Made by a program: the position numbers and the translations under genes
The notes under the pieces: model-generated
The model's input: the letters and a program-made list of their open reading frames with translations, nothing else
The model's database searches: none
What the model was told of the DNA's origin: nothing
DNA from: Gammaproteobacteria bacterium
GTDB taxonomy: Bacteria > Pseudomonadota > Gammaproteobacteria > JAKDMP01
Reading direction: 5' to 3'
Assembly (NCBI GenBank): GCA_027018875.1
Contig: JALUYA010000002.1
Location: 3,386-67,385, forward strand
DNA: 64,000 nucleotides
Part shown: one piece after another, positions 1 through 9,037 of the stretch
Numbering within the stretch: position 1 is the first letter of the stretch
Layout of the letters: every line of letters starts with the position of its first letter

Positions 1-498
1 GTTGTTCGAGGTATAGGAGATCTCTTCCATGTGCGAGGTGGGTGTGGTCGCGTAGACCGCTTCGTTGTCGCCGTAGGTGCCGCTCTTGAGCGCCAGCTCT
101 TGGCCATCGAGGCAGAACCGGTCGCGGCTGGTGAGGTTCACCGGCGCCGTGGTGCCATCATACGGCCAGCTCGAAGGGCAGCGCTTGATCGCCGAAAGGC
201 CGCCGATCGTCGTGTCCCAGCCGAGCAGACCCGGACCGGAACCGCTGGCATAGACCAGGGCGAGACTCGGCGCGAGCCCACCGGCGCCACCCGGGGCGGG
301 GAGCGGGATCGTGTAGGCGGCCCCTCCCGTCGGAGTCACTACAAAACTGCCCGCAATGGAGCCCACCGCGGTGGCGGCCTCGGCCAGCGCATCGCCAAGG
401 ACGATCAGCGCCAATGCCGCCAGCGCCGTGAGAATCAGGCGCGGTGCGGCACCCCGCAGACAAGAAGGGAATCCCCCGATCCGCGGAACTTCACGCAC
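1..498 (-). CDS. N-terminal part of an SpvB/TcaC-domain secreted protein (probable RHS/YD-repeat toxin-like), runs off left edge
   Basis: Manual translation from GTG 498 with no stop to base 1: hydrophobic leader LILTALAALALIVLGDALAEA, then GSFVVTPTGGAAYTIPLPAPGGAGGLAPSLALVYASGSGPGLLGW..GLSAIKRC..DRFCLDGQEL, typical of SpvB/TcaC N-termini. Confidence 0.8.
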   Translation of the reverse strand, partial: MREVPRIGGFPSCLRGAAPRLILTALAALALIVLGDALAEAATAVGSIAGSFVVTPTGGAAYTIPLPAPGGAGGLAPSLALVYASGSGPGLLGWDTTIGGLSAIKRCPSSWPYDGTTAPVNLTSRDRFCLDGQELALKSGTYGDNEAVYATTPTSHMEEISYTSNN

Positions 499-506
499 AG
501 CCACGA

Positions 507-533
507 GTTGCGGGTTGCGGGTTGCGGGTTGCG
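507..533. repeat. 7-bp tandem repeat (GTTGCGG) x~4
   Basis: gttgcgg gttgcgg gttgcgg gttgcg at 507-533. Confidence 0.95.
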
Positions 534-718
534 CTTATCACTTGAATGGGCATTGGCCTTCTCCGGTTAACTGGCCCGCCACTCTGACCCCAGGGCGGCA
601 TTGAACTGTTTTTGTATAGCACAAAATTTGCAGTTTGTCCAGACCAAAATTGCTCATGCTAGCCCAAAGCCGTAATCTTCCCTTTGGGTATCGGGAGGGG
701 AGGTGACAGTTTGGAATA

Positions 719-1036
719 ATGGCAGAATCAATGGCGGCGTATGCTCAACCTTTGCTCGACGAGGCAGGCGGCTCTCAGGAGCAAATGCAGAATGCGATTT
801 CAATTGCTCAGACGGAGAAAGAACAAAGAGATAGCCTAGCCAAAATGCAGCCCGCGCTAAAAATGGACAACGACGAGTTTAATGAGTTTTGTGAATCAAT
901 TGTCGTGCCAATGATTGGGCACCATCACGAAATGTTTCCAAGTATGATGCACGCAGCTTCCGAAACCATACATATTAAGGAAACTCTGATCAATTCCGCT
1001 TTCGGCGACAATACGAGCATTGTGTTGCGAGCATGA
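719..1036 (+). pseudogene. hypothetical protein fragment; 3' end reads into an IS5 end
   Basis: Lower-GC 105-aa ORF whose last ~19 codons lie inside the IS5-like end starting at 979. Confidence 0.4.
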
Positions 1037-1230
1037 ACGAGGGAGGCGGAATGCGCCAGGGAAGCCTTGCCGAGGAAGGGTTCGAGAAGTAGCGCAAGCC
1101 GAAGCCTCGCGAGCGGTTCCTGGAGGGGATGGAGCGGATTATTCCGTGGGCGGAATTGGCGGCGGCGATCGATCCCTACTATCCCAAGCCCAAGGGTGCT
1201 GGCCGGCGCCCGATCGGGATTGAGCGGATG
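979..1230 (+). mobile_element. IS5-family remnant (left end plus degenerate transposase N-terminus)
   Basis: TTAA (975-978) then GGAAACTCTGATCAATTC. ATG 1051 reads MRQGSLAEEGFEK*RKPKPRERFLEGMERIIPWAELAAAIDPYYPK..GRRPIGIERM, an IS5 transposase N-terminus with in-frame TAG at 1090. Confidence 0.8.
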
Positions 1231-1481
1231 TTCAAGTCTAATAATGTCATGTGTGTTATGTTTTGATATGACATGAGCGTTTCGTATCGTATACTCGGGC
1301 CGAACCTGCAAATCTGTCGAGCGCTACTAACTTATCATCTAGGGTAACATAGGCTTTTCAGTGCCCCCTGCATGCAAGATCAGTTGAGATGCCAAAATCC
1401 GCGTTAGTAGTGCCACCCGGCAGGGAGAAATCCTTTGGGATTGCTCAAGGATCCGGAATATTTGCTTAAGGCTAATCCATA

Positions 1482-2405
1482 ATGAATCAACTACTGGGTG
1501 CCGTAAAGCCGATTACCCCGGCGCTGGGGCTGCGCGTGCGTGGCTATCTGGGATTATGTAAGCCGCGCATAGTATCGTTGATATTATTTACGGCCCTGGT
1601 CGGCATGTTGCTCGCGGTGCCCGGATTTCCCCCGTTGGGGTTGGTGTTGGCCGCCACCGTGGGCATCGGGCTGGCCGCCTCTTCGGCGGCAGCACTCAAC
1701 CACGTGATCGACCGCCGCATCGATGAGCGGATGCGCCGCACCTGTTACCGGCCCTTACCGCAAGGCGTCCTGGGAACACGCGGGGCGCTGTTGTTTGCCG
1801 CCGTCCTGGGCATCGCCTCGATGGGGATACTGGCGCTTGCGGTAAATCCCTTTACGGCGGTTCTGACCTTTTTTGCTCTGATCGGCTATGCGGTGATCTA
1901 CACGGCATTCCTGAAGCATGCAACCCCGCAGAACATTGTTCTCGGGGGTGCCGCCGGAGCGGCCCCTCCCTTGCTGGGATGGGTGGCGATGACCGGCCAT
2001 GTCAGCCTCGAAGCCCTGGTTCTGGTCTTAATTATCTTTGTCTGGACACCCCCGCATTTTTGGCCGTTGGCAATTGCCCGGCGGGAGGATTATACCCAGG
2101 CCGGGGTTCCCATGTTACCGGTGACCCACGGGGTTGAGTTGACTCGCCTCCATGTTTTTCTCTATACCGTTTTGCTGGTGTTGGTCAGCACGATACCCTG
2201 GTTGATCGGTGCCAACAGTTGGGGTTACTTGATTGCCGCGCTGGTGCTGGGCGCCGGGTATCTCACGCATTCATGGAAACTCTGGAGGGGGAAAACTCCC
2301 GGCGCGCCGATGGCGACCTTTCGCTATTCACTCCTGTACCTGGGCCTGTTGTTTGCGGCCCTGCTGCTCGATCATTACCTGGGCGGATGGCTGCCGCACA
2401 TATGA
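1482..2405 (+). CDS. cyoE: protoheme IX farnesyltransferase (heme O synthase)
   Basis: LCKPRIV, NHVIDRRIDERMRRT..RPLP, FVWTPPHFWPLA motifs; multi-TM. Confidence 0.95.
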   Translation: MNQLLGAVKPITPALGLRVRGYLGLCKPRIVSLILFTALVGMLLAVPGFPPLGLVLAATVGIGLAASSAAALNHVIDRRIDERMRRTCYRPLPQGVLGTRGALLFAAVLGIASMGILALAVNPFTAVLTFFALIGYAVIYTAFLKHATPQNIVLGGAAGAAPPLLGWVAMTGHVSLEALVLVLIIFVWTPPHFWPLAIARREDYTQAGVPMLPVTHGVELTRLHVFLYTVLLVLVSTIPWLIGANSWGYLIAALVLGAGYLTHSWKLWRGKTPGAPMATFRYSLLYLGLLFAALLLDHYLGGWLPHI

Positions 2406-2458
2406 AAGAGATTATCCGATTTATAGGTTAGCGTCTTGTTGTATCCCGAGGCTGAAAT

Positions 2459-3328
2459 TCAGCCGGTCATGTTAACCCGAAGTTTATCGATGGCACCGGC
2501 TTCGATCTGACGTATGCGCTCGGCGGAAACTCGGTATTCGGCGGCAAGTTCCTGCAAGGTTTGCTTGCGTTCACTCAACCAGCGACGTTTGAGGATATCG
2601 CGGCTGCGCTCGTCAAGCGTTGCCATTGCCTGTTTCAGCCGGCGTTGCCCGTTGTGGGCCCAATCGGCCCGTTCCAGAGCGATGGCCGGATCGGTATCGG
2701 TGGGTGCTACGAGATAGCCGGCCGGAGAAAATCCGGCCTGGTCGTCGACGGTCTCCTTGGGCTGCGGGTCGAAGGCCACGTCCTGGCCGGACAAGCGCGA
2801 CTCCATCTCGATGACCTCTTTGCAGGATACTCCCAGATCCTTGGCTACGGCTTCGACTTCTTCACGATTGAGCCAGCCCAGGCGGTGCTTGAAACTGCGT
2901 AGGTTGAAAAACAGTTTGCGTTGTGCCTTGGTGGTGGCAACTCGCACGATCCGCCAGTTGCGCAGGACAAATTCATGAATCTCGGCCCGAATCCAGTGTA
3001 CGGCAAAAGAGATGAGCCGGACACCTATTGCAGGGTCAAACCGTTTGACTGCCTTCATCAGTCCGATATTTCCTTCCTGGATCAGGTCGGCGTAGGCAAG
3101 GCCATAGCCCCGGTAGCTGCGGGCGATATGAGCGACAAATCGAAGGTGTGAAAGTACCAGGGAGCGGGCGGCGGCCACATCGCCTTCATTGCGAAAGCGG
3201 CGGGCTAGTGCGCACTCTTCCGCAGCGCTGAGAATCGGAATTTTACGCACCTGGGCGAGATAATGCTCGACCCCGGATTGGGGAGACAATACCAAGTTGC
3301 GCGAACTAACCGCCAAGCTTTGCGCCAT
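2459..3328 (-). CDS. rpoH: RNA polymerase sigma-32 factor
   Basis: DLIQEGNIGLMKAVKRFDP and RpoH box QRKLFFNLR; downstream of ftsEX. Confidence 0.97.
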   Translation of the reverse strand: MAQSLAVSSRNLVLSPQSGVEHYLAQVRKIPILSAAEECALARRFRNEGDVAAARSLVLSHLRFVAHIARSYRGYGLAYADLIQEGNIGLMKAVKRFDPAIGVRLISFAVHWIRAEIHEFVLRNWRIVRVATTKAQRKLFFNLRSFKHRLGWLNREEVEAVAKDLGVSCKEVIEMESRLSGQDVAFDPQPKETVDDQAGFSPAGYLVAPTDTDPAIALERADWAHNGQRRLKQAMATLDERSRDILKRRWLSERKQTLQELAAEYRVSAERIRQIEAGAIDKLRVNMTG

Positions 3329-3393
3329 GTTTCACTGCTCCTGTTGAACATCAAATTTTAACATATGCTTCGACTTCCAGGCTGAGTGGAAGT

Positions 3394-4347
3394 TCAATCC
3401 GGTTCCACTTCCCGCAAGTGGCGGCCAAGGGCGATGAGAGCACCCAGCCATCCCAGTCCCGCACCGATGCCGAGCATGGCGAAGAATCCCGGAACCCCAG
3501 GTCCGTGGAGGGTAATGCTTCCCTGGTACAAGTTACCCAGGCGGGCAATGGGTCCTGCCAGCAGGGTCAGCGATAATGTCACCAGGAGCCAGGCCATCAA
3601 TCCCGCGGCCGCTCCATACCACAGGCCTCCATACAGAAATGGCCGCCGCACGAAGGCATTGGTGGCCCCGACGAGTTTTTGCACCTGGATTTCGTTGCGG
3701 CGGGATTCAATTTCCAGCCGAACGGTATTACCTACGATTCCAAGCACGGCCAACGATAGCAGGCCTGCGAGTATCCAGATGGTTCGCCGGGCGATGGTGA
3801 GCATGGCATTCAGTCGGGCGATCCAATGAGTGTCACTCACGACCTGGTCGATACCATTGATTTTCCCGAGTGTTGTGGCTAGTTTTTGAATGGCTTGAAT
3901 CCGGGTATCGATGGGGGTGACTTCAAGCACGGGGGGCAGGGGGTTTTGTCCCAGCGAGGCGAAAGCGGAGCGAAAGCCGGAAAGCTGATTGAACTCCTTG
4001 AGCGCTTGATCGGGGGTGACCAGGCGGACGTGTTTTACGCCAGAGAGAGTGCGGATTCGGCGTTGGAGTGATTTTATTGCAGGAGATTTCAGGCCGATAT
4101 CGAGGAATGCGGAAATGCGGGCGGAGTCTTGTGTTACTCCGGTCAGCTGAGTGGCGTTGTTGACCAGGATGGCGAGCCCCAGGGGCAGGGCGAGGGAGAT
4201 GCCGGCAACTCCGGTGCTCATCAGGCTTGCCGCGCCGCCGCGCCAGAGGCGTCCGAGGCTGGCGAGAGCAGCATGTGCATGGTGTGCGGGCAGGCTCCGC
4301 AACCGAGTTGGCCAGCCGGGGCCGCGCACCCCACCGGGTTCAGCCAT
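3394..4347 (-). CDS. ftsX: cell division permease-like protein FtsX
   Basis: NPLPPVLEV, GNTVRL..RRNEI..KLVGATNAFVRRPFLY; ftsYEX-rpoH synteny. Confidence 0.93.
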   Translation of the reverse strand: MAEPGGVRGPGWPTRLRSLPAHHAHAALASLGRLWRGGAASLMSTGVAGISLALPLGLAILVNNATQLTGVTQDSARISAFLDIGLKSPAIKSLQRRIRTLSGVKHVRLVTPDQALKEFNQLSGFRSAFASLGQNPLPPVLEVTPIDTRIQAIQKLATTLGKINGIDQVVSDTHWIARLNAMLTIARRTIWILAGLLSLAVLGIVGNTVRLEIESRRNEIQVQKLVGATNAFVRRPFLYGGLWYGAAAGLMAWLLVTLSLTLLAGPIARLGNLYQGSITLHGPGVPGFFAMLGIGAGLGWLGALIALGRHLREVEPD

Positions 4348-5017
4348 GGTGCAGCGTAAGCCGGGGGGTAATCAATTGGCCGTGCTCGAGCGCGAGTACC
4401 CGATGGCCCAGGCCGGCGATCAGGGCGTGATCGTGACTGGCGACCAGGACGGTGACTCCCACGGCATTGAAGCGTTCGAACAGGTGCATGACTTCCAGAG
4501 ACAGTTCGGGATCCAGGTTACCGGTCGGCTCGTCGGCAATCAGTAGCGGTGGGCGGATGACGACGGCACGTGCAATGCCCACCCTTTGCTGCTCGCCGGC
4601 GGAGAGTTCAAGTGGGCGGGCACGCTCGCGTCCGAGCAGATCCACCTGGTCCAATGCCGCCCGTACCCGGCGTGCCATCTCCCGGTGGGGGTACCCGGTG
4701 GCTACCAGCGGCAGGGCAACATTGTCGAATATTGTGCGGTCGGTGAGTAGTTTGTGATCCTGGAAGACAACGCCGATACGTCTGCGATGGTAGGGGATTC
4801 GCCAGCGTGGCAGGCGGGATACATTGCGCCCGGCAACATAGAGTTGGCCCCGGGTGGGTCTTTCCAACAGGGCGATCAGCTTGAGTATGGTGGATTTTCC
4901 GGCCCCGGAATGGCCGGTGAGAAAGGCCATCTCACCGCTAGCCAGATCAAAACTGATTCCACTTAGGGCATCATGGCCGCCCGGATAACGTTTACTGACG
5001 GAGGTGAAACGGATCAT
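4340..5017 (-). CDS. ftsE: cell division ATP-binding protein FtsE
   Basis: GHSGAGKST Walker A, VVFQDHKLL, ADEPTGNLD. Confidence 0.95.
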   Translation of the reverse strand: MIRFTSVSKRYPGGHDALSGISFDLASGEMAFLTGHSGAGKSTILKLIALLERPTRGQLYVAGRNVSRLPRWRIPYHRRRIGVVFQDHKLLTDRTIFDNVALPLVATGYPHREMARRVRAALDQVDLLGRERARPLELSAGEQQRVGIARAVVIRPPLLIADEPTGNLDPELSLEVMHLFERFNAVGVTVLVASHDHALIAGLGHRVLALEHGQLITPRLTLHHG

Positions 5018-5919
5018 GGTGTGAGTGTGGTTTCGATGCCTAGAAGTGCATTGGCATAGTCCTGTGCCACGAAGGGTTCAAGGTCTTCGCTATTTTCACC
5101 GATGCCGACAAAGCGGATCGGCAGTGCCAGTTCACGGGCAATGGCTACCAGCACGCCGCCCTTGGCACTGCCGTCCAGTTTGGTGATGGCCAACCCGGTG
5201 ACTCCGATTTCGTCCGTGAAACGTCGGGCCTGAAGCAACGCGTTTTGGCCGATGGTGGCGTCGAGAACCAGCAGAACCTCATGCGGTGCGGCGGGATCCT
5301 GCCGCGCGATTACTCGCCGCATTTTGGCCAGCTCGGCAAGCAGATGATCCTGGGTATGCAGTCGGCCCGCGGTGTCGATAATCAAAATCTCGGAACCGCG
5401 GGCATGAGCAGCCTGCCATGCATCGAAGGCCACCGCGGCTGCGTCCGCGCCACTCTGTTGCGCGATAACCGTTACCCCGAGGCGTCGGCCCCACTGTTGT
5501 AATTGTTCCACCGCTGCGGCGCGGAAGGTATCACCGGCGGCGAGTACCACCTGCCGGCCTTGGGCGGAAAGCCGGCGGGTAAGTTTGGCCGTGGTGGTGG
5601 TTTTCCCGCTACCGTTGACTCCAACCATTAGGATGACATAAGGGTGCGCACCGGGGTCTATTTCCAGTGGGCGCTCGACCGGCTTGAGAATGGCGATCAG
5701 CTTGTCGCGCAGCGCCCCGGCGATGTCGGCGGATGTTCCGCTTCGCCCCGTGATCCGGTGCGTGGCGGCCAGTAACTCCGCCGTTACCGTGACGCCGACA
5801 TCGGCGAGCAGTAACCGGGTTTCGAGTGTCTCGGGGTCGATGTAGGTCTCGGTGCCGGATGCGAGTACGGGTGGGGTTCGTCCGAGTTTTCGCAAGCGCT
5901 TGAATAGGCGTCCGACCAT
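5014..5919 (-). CDS. ftsY: SRP receptor FtsY (short NG form)
   Basis: [34 protein letters not shown]; start placed at ATG 5919. Confidence 0.93.
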   Translation of the reverse strand: MVGRLFKRLRKLGRTPPVLASGTETYIDPETLETRLLLADVGVTVTAELLAATHRITGRSGTSADIAGALRDKLIAILKPVERPLEIDPGAHPYVILMVGVNGSGKTTTTAKLTRRLSAQGRQVVLAAGDTFRAAAVEQLQQWGRRLGVTVIAQQSGADAAAVAFDAWQAAHARGSEILIIDTAGRLHTQDHLLAELAKMRRVIARQDPAAPHEVLLVLDATIGQNALLQARRFTDEIGVTGLAITKLDGSAKGGVLVAIARELALPIRFVGIGENSEDLEPFVAQDYANALLGIETTLTP

Positions 5920-6102
5920 GGCGAGGCAGAGAGCATAAATAATTATGCTAGCAAATGTCGGGTGCTTCGCGGTGGCCGGGGCCAAGCTGTTTTTGTTTCC
6001 ACCGGCTGTAATGGAAGCACTTAAGTCCGATTCAGTGCCACCGTGATGGGGGAGGATAGCGCCTGCGGGCGGTAGAGGGAATAAGAATATCCACGAGATA
6101 AT

Positions 6103-6124
6103 AGGGCGGCCCGAAGGCCGCCCT
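6103..6124 (-). terminator. stable hairpin downstream of lipase gene
   Basis: AGGGCGGCC-TTCG-GGCCGCCCT on minus strand (9-bp stem, cUUCGg loop); U-tract weak. Confidence 0.55.
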
Positions 6125-6148
6125 TGTGTTTCCGTTGACTCGCCGTCT

Positions 6149-8314
6149 TCAGGGTTGTTGCACGACACTCGGGAAGGCGATATCGAGCGTCTGGCCATTG
6201 GGGGGGCCTCCCGTTGTCGGGCAGCCTGGAACAACGCCGGGCAGGCAGCCATAGGCGAATACGCCCATCTGCAACTGCATCTGCTGGGTGACGGTGAGGC
6301 TTGAAGTAGGATCCAGCAGGGAGCCGTGATCTCCGGCGAGGAAGCGGGTCACCGCACGCAACCCTTTGGGGTTGATCGTCGATGCCCCATACTGGGTGAG
6401 CCCCATGACATTTACCAACAGATTGGTAGCGGAGTTGGGCACGACCTGGTCGGGCGGGTTTTGGGTGGCCGGGTCGCCGACGACCTCGAGTAGATCGATG
6501 GGGGTGTTCTTCGCCGCGAGCGCGCCGTAGTTGATGGGATCGCCCGCATCCACGATGGTTTGTGTCCACTGGAAAAAATCAGCGTAAGGTTGGGTTCCGG
6601 GCACGATACCCTTTTGCGCCAGGCCCGCGTTGATCTCCGGGGCAAAAGTCGGTGATTGCTGCAGCAGGTAGGCGATTTTGCCGCCGGGATTGCCAAGCGT
6701 GGCCGAACGGACGTCTATGCTCGAGCCGTAGCCCGGCAGGTTGGTGACCTCGGCAAGATAGGGAATTCCGCTGATGGCGCCGAGGGAATGACCCACGAAG
6801 TAGGTATCCTGGGCATTGAATTTTTCCGTCAACGTGGTAATGACTCCACCTACCGAGGTTTGTACCTTGAAGCTGGCCCCGGGCAGGCTTTCGGTGAGCT
6901 GCAGCAGATCCGCCTCGGATTCGCGTAGATTGTCCCGGCTGGTGAGCAGGTAGCCCAGGTTGATGAAGTAGCTTCCGGAGGAGGCGATTCCCGTGGTGGG
7001 AGCGCCCGTAAACAGCCCCGGCGGCAGGTTGAAGGTGCGTTCACCGGTAACCAGGCCGGCGTAGGGGGTTCCCTTGAATAGCTGGTTCTCGTAGAAGGGA
7101 TTCGTGGTGTCGGTAATCCCGTGTAGCGGCAGGTCGATGGCGATCATCGCATAACCGGCTTGGGCGAAGGTATCGGCTACGGCCAGCATATCTAGCCGGT
7201 TACGGGTAATTCCGTGCTGAAAAACCACCACCGGCCAGCCGGTTGCCAGAGGATAGGTGCCTCCGTTCTGGAAGTAGGGTGAGTTCGGAGCCGGGATGGT
7301 CATCAGCACCGGGATGGTGACGGTCCCCGTGGCGACCGGTAGGGGGTTTGCCGGGGTCAGCAAGCTGCCGTTTTTGCCGTGCCAGAAATCGGTGAGCGGG
7401 GCGCCGGGGTCGCTCGCGGAGGGAATCCCCAAGTAGTACGGGATGGTAATTGTCCCGGCATAGATTTCGGCATATCCGGGTAGTTGGGAATTGATCGTAT
7501 GCGTCGTCATTCCGGTGGGAGCCAGTTCGATTGGGGCAGGCTGCATCTGTTTGGCGAGCGCGGTGAGGCTGGTGCCGATGGTCTGGGTGGTCAAGGTCCA
7601 GGCAAGTACGACATCATTGGCGGTTACCTGGCCGCCGGTTGCCTGGGTGCTCGCCTGCAACATGGCGCCGATCAGGGGGGCGACCTGAGCCAGGGCTGGG
7701 TTGGAAATGGAACCCTGCCCGGCCAGTGAAGCCTCGACCTGTTGAAATTCGGCCGAGGGGGTGGCTGCCGCGCCGGTAGTGCTTTGGATGCCTCGGGTCA
7801 GCACCACCATGTAGGAACTTGCGGGTGCAAGTGCCGTTGTCGGGGTGATGCTGAGCACGCTCGGGTCATCCGGGGAGACGCCCAGGGTGTAGTCGGTACC
7901 GGGTGTGAGCAGTCCCTGGACACCGACTACGGCAAATCCCTTGGTGGGATCGGTAGTGACCTTGAAAACGAAAACGGTCTTGTTCCCGATCAGGCTCTTG
8001 GGGTCGATCGGTGCAGTAAAATGCTCGGTAATAGGAGCCGTTGTGGAGAATCCATCCAGGGTGTTGATCGCGGCCAACGGGTTGCTGTAGTCGGTCGGGT
8101 TGGGAATACCGGGAATGCTGACTAGCCCGTTGGTCGAATTCAGGAAGAAGAAATCATTGGGGAAGGGGAGGATGTAGCCGGTGTTGGAAAACGCGAATCG
8201 CGCACTGAACCCGGTGTTCGGGTTGGGGCTGGGAGAGGGGTTGTTAGTGTTGGCCCCGCAACCGGCCAATAGGGCAAAGGCGCCGATAAACGCCAGGGAA
8301 AGGAATTTACGCAT
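6149..8314 (-). CDS. surface lipoprotein lipase/phospholipase (Pla-1/VolA-like alpha/beta hydrolase)
   Basis: Lipobox LLAG-C, PFPND N-domain, FQHGIT, AIDLPLHG, GHSLG nucleophile, DQVVPN, DHGSLLDP. Confidence 0.8.
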   Translation of the reverse strand: MRKFLSLAFIGAFALLAGCGANTNNPSPSPNPNTGFSARFAFSNTGYILPFPNDFFFLNSTNGLVSIPGIPNPTDYSNPLAAINTLDGFSTTAPITEHFTAPIDPKSLIGNKTVFVFKVTTDPTKGFAVVGVQGLLTPGTDYTLGVSPDDPSVLSITPTTALAPASSYMVVLTRGIQSTTGAAATPSAEFQQVEASLAGQGSISNPALAQVAPLIGAMLQASTQATGGQVTANDVVLAWTLTTQTIGTSLTALAKQMQPAPIELAPTGMTTHTINSQLPGYAEIYAGTITIPYYLGIPSASDPGAPLTDFWHGKNGSLLTPANPLPVATGTVTIPVLMTIPAPNSPYFQNGGTYPLATGWPVVVFQHGITRNRLDMLAVADTFAQAGYAMIAIDLPLHGITDTTNPFYENQLFKGTPYAGLVTGERTFNLPPGLFTGAPTTGIASSGSYFINLGYLLTSRDNLRESEADLLQLTESLPGASFKVQTSVGGVITTLTEKFNAQDTYFVGHSLGAISGIPYLAEVTNLPGYGSSIDVRSATLGNPGGKIAYLLQQSPTFAPEINAGLAQKGIVPGTQPYADFFQWTQTIVDAGDPINYGALAAKNTPIDLLEVVGDPATQNPPDQVVPNSATNLLVNVMGLTQYGASTINPKGLRAVTRFLAGDHGSLLDPTSSLTVTQQMQLQMGVFAYGCLPGVVPGCPTTGGPPNGQTLDIAFPSVVQQP

Positions 8315-8409
8315 CGCTCCATCCTCCGTTGGTTTGTATCACTACACTCTCGTGACTGGCCTATCCAGTCAAGCGTTTGTAAGTAAACCACGTTCGGCGC
8401 CGTAAAGCA

Positions 8410-9018
8410 ATGCCTGGGGGAAAAAACACCCGGCGAGGAGCGGTGCGCATCATCGGGGGACGGTGGCGCAGTCGGCGGATTGCATTCCCCGCGGGGGCGG
8501 GGTTACGCCCCACGCCGGCGCGGGTGCGGGAAACGCTTTTCGACTGGCTGGGGGGCTGGATCGAGCAGCGCCGGGTTCTGGATCTGTTTGCGGGAAGCGG
8601 TGCACTCGGCATTGAAGCGCTGTCTCGAGGAGCCGCTTCCGCGGTCTTCGTCGAGCCGGTTCGTGCCGCACGCCGGGCCCTGCAGGCTAACCTGCAACGC
8701 CTCGGTGCCGTGCAGGTCGAGGTAATCCCGGGTGACGCCTGGCGCTATCTGCGGGGAACCACGTCGAGCTTCGATCTGGTTTTTCTAGATCCGCCGTTCG
8801 GGGGGGATTGGCGGGCACATACACTCGATATTCTCCAAAACCGGGCCGGCCTGCTTGGCGGATCGTCTCGAATCTATGTGGAATATCCGGTGCGCGGTAC
8901 GATTTCATTTGACGAGAACATGTGGCAAATTCTGCGCCAAACCCGGGCCGGGCAGGTTCAGGCCGCACTTTTAGGCAAAAAAACCCGTGAGACTGGAGGG
9001 TCTCACGGGTTGAAGTAG
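8410..9018 (+). CDS. rsmD: 16S rRNA m2G966 methyltransferase
   Basis: RIIGGRWR, LRPTP.RVRETLF, DLFAGSGALGIEALSRGA, FLDPPF. Confidence 0.95.
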   Translation: MPGGKNTRRGAVRIIGGRWRSRRIAFPAGAGLRPTPARVRETLFDWLGGWIEQRRVLDLFAGSGALGIEALSRGAASAVFVEPVRAARRALQANLQRLGAVQVEVIPGDAWRYLRGTTSSFDLVFLDPPFGGDWRAHTLDILQNRAGLLGGSSRIYVEYPVRGTISFDENMWQILRQTRAGQVQAALLGKKTRETGGSHGLK

Positions 9019-9037
9019 ACATATTTTGGATTGAGTC

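Noticed and set aside
31-570. 179-aa plus-strand ORF
   Set aside because: Antisense shadow of the SpvB-like gene.
5920-6252. N-terminal extension of ftsY in the ORF track
   Set aside because: Overlaps the lipase 3' end and its hairpin and is not FtsY-like.
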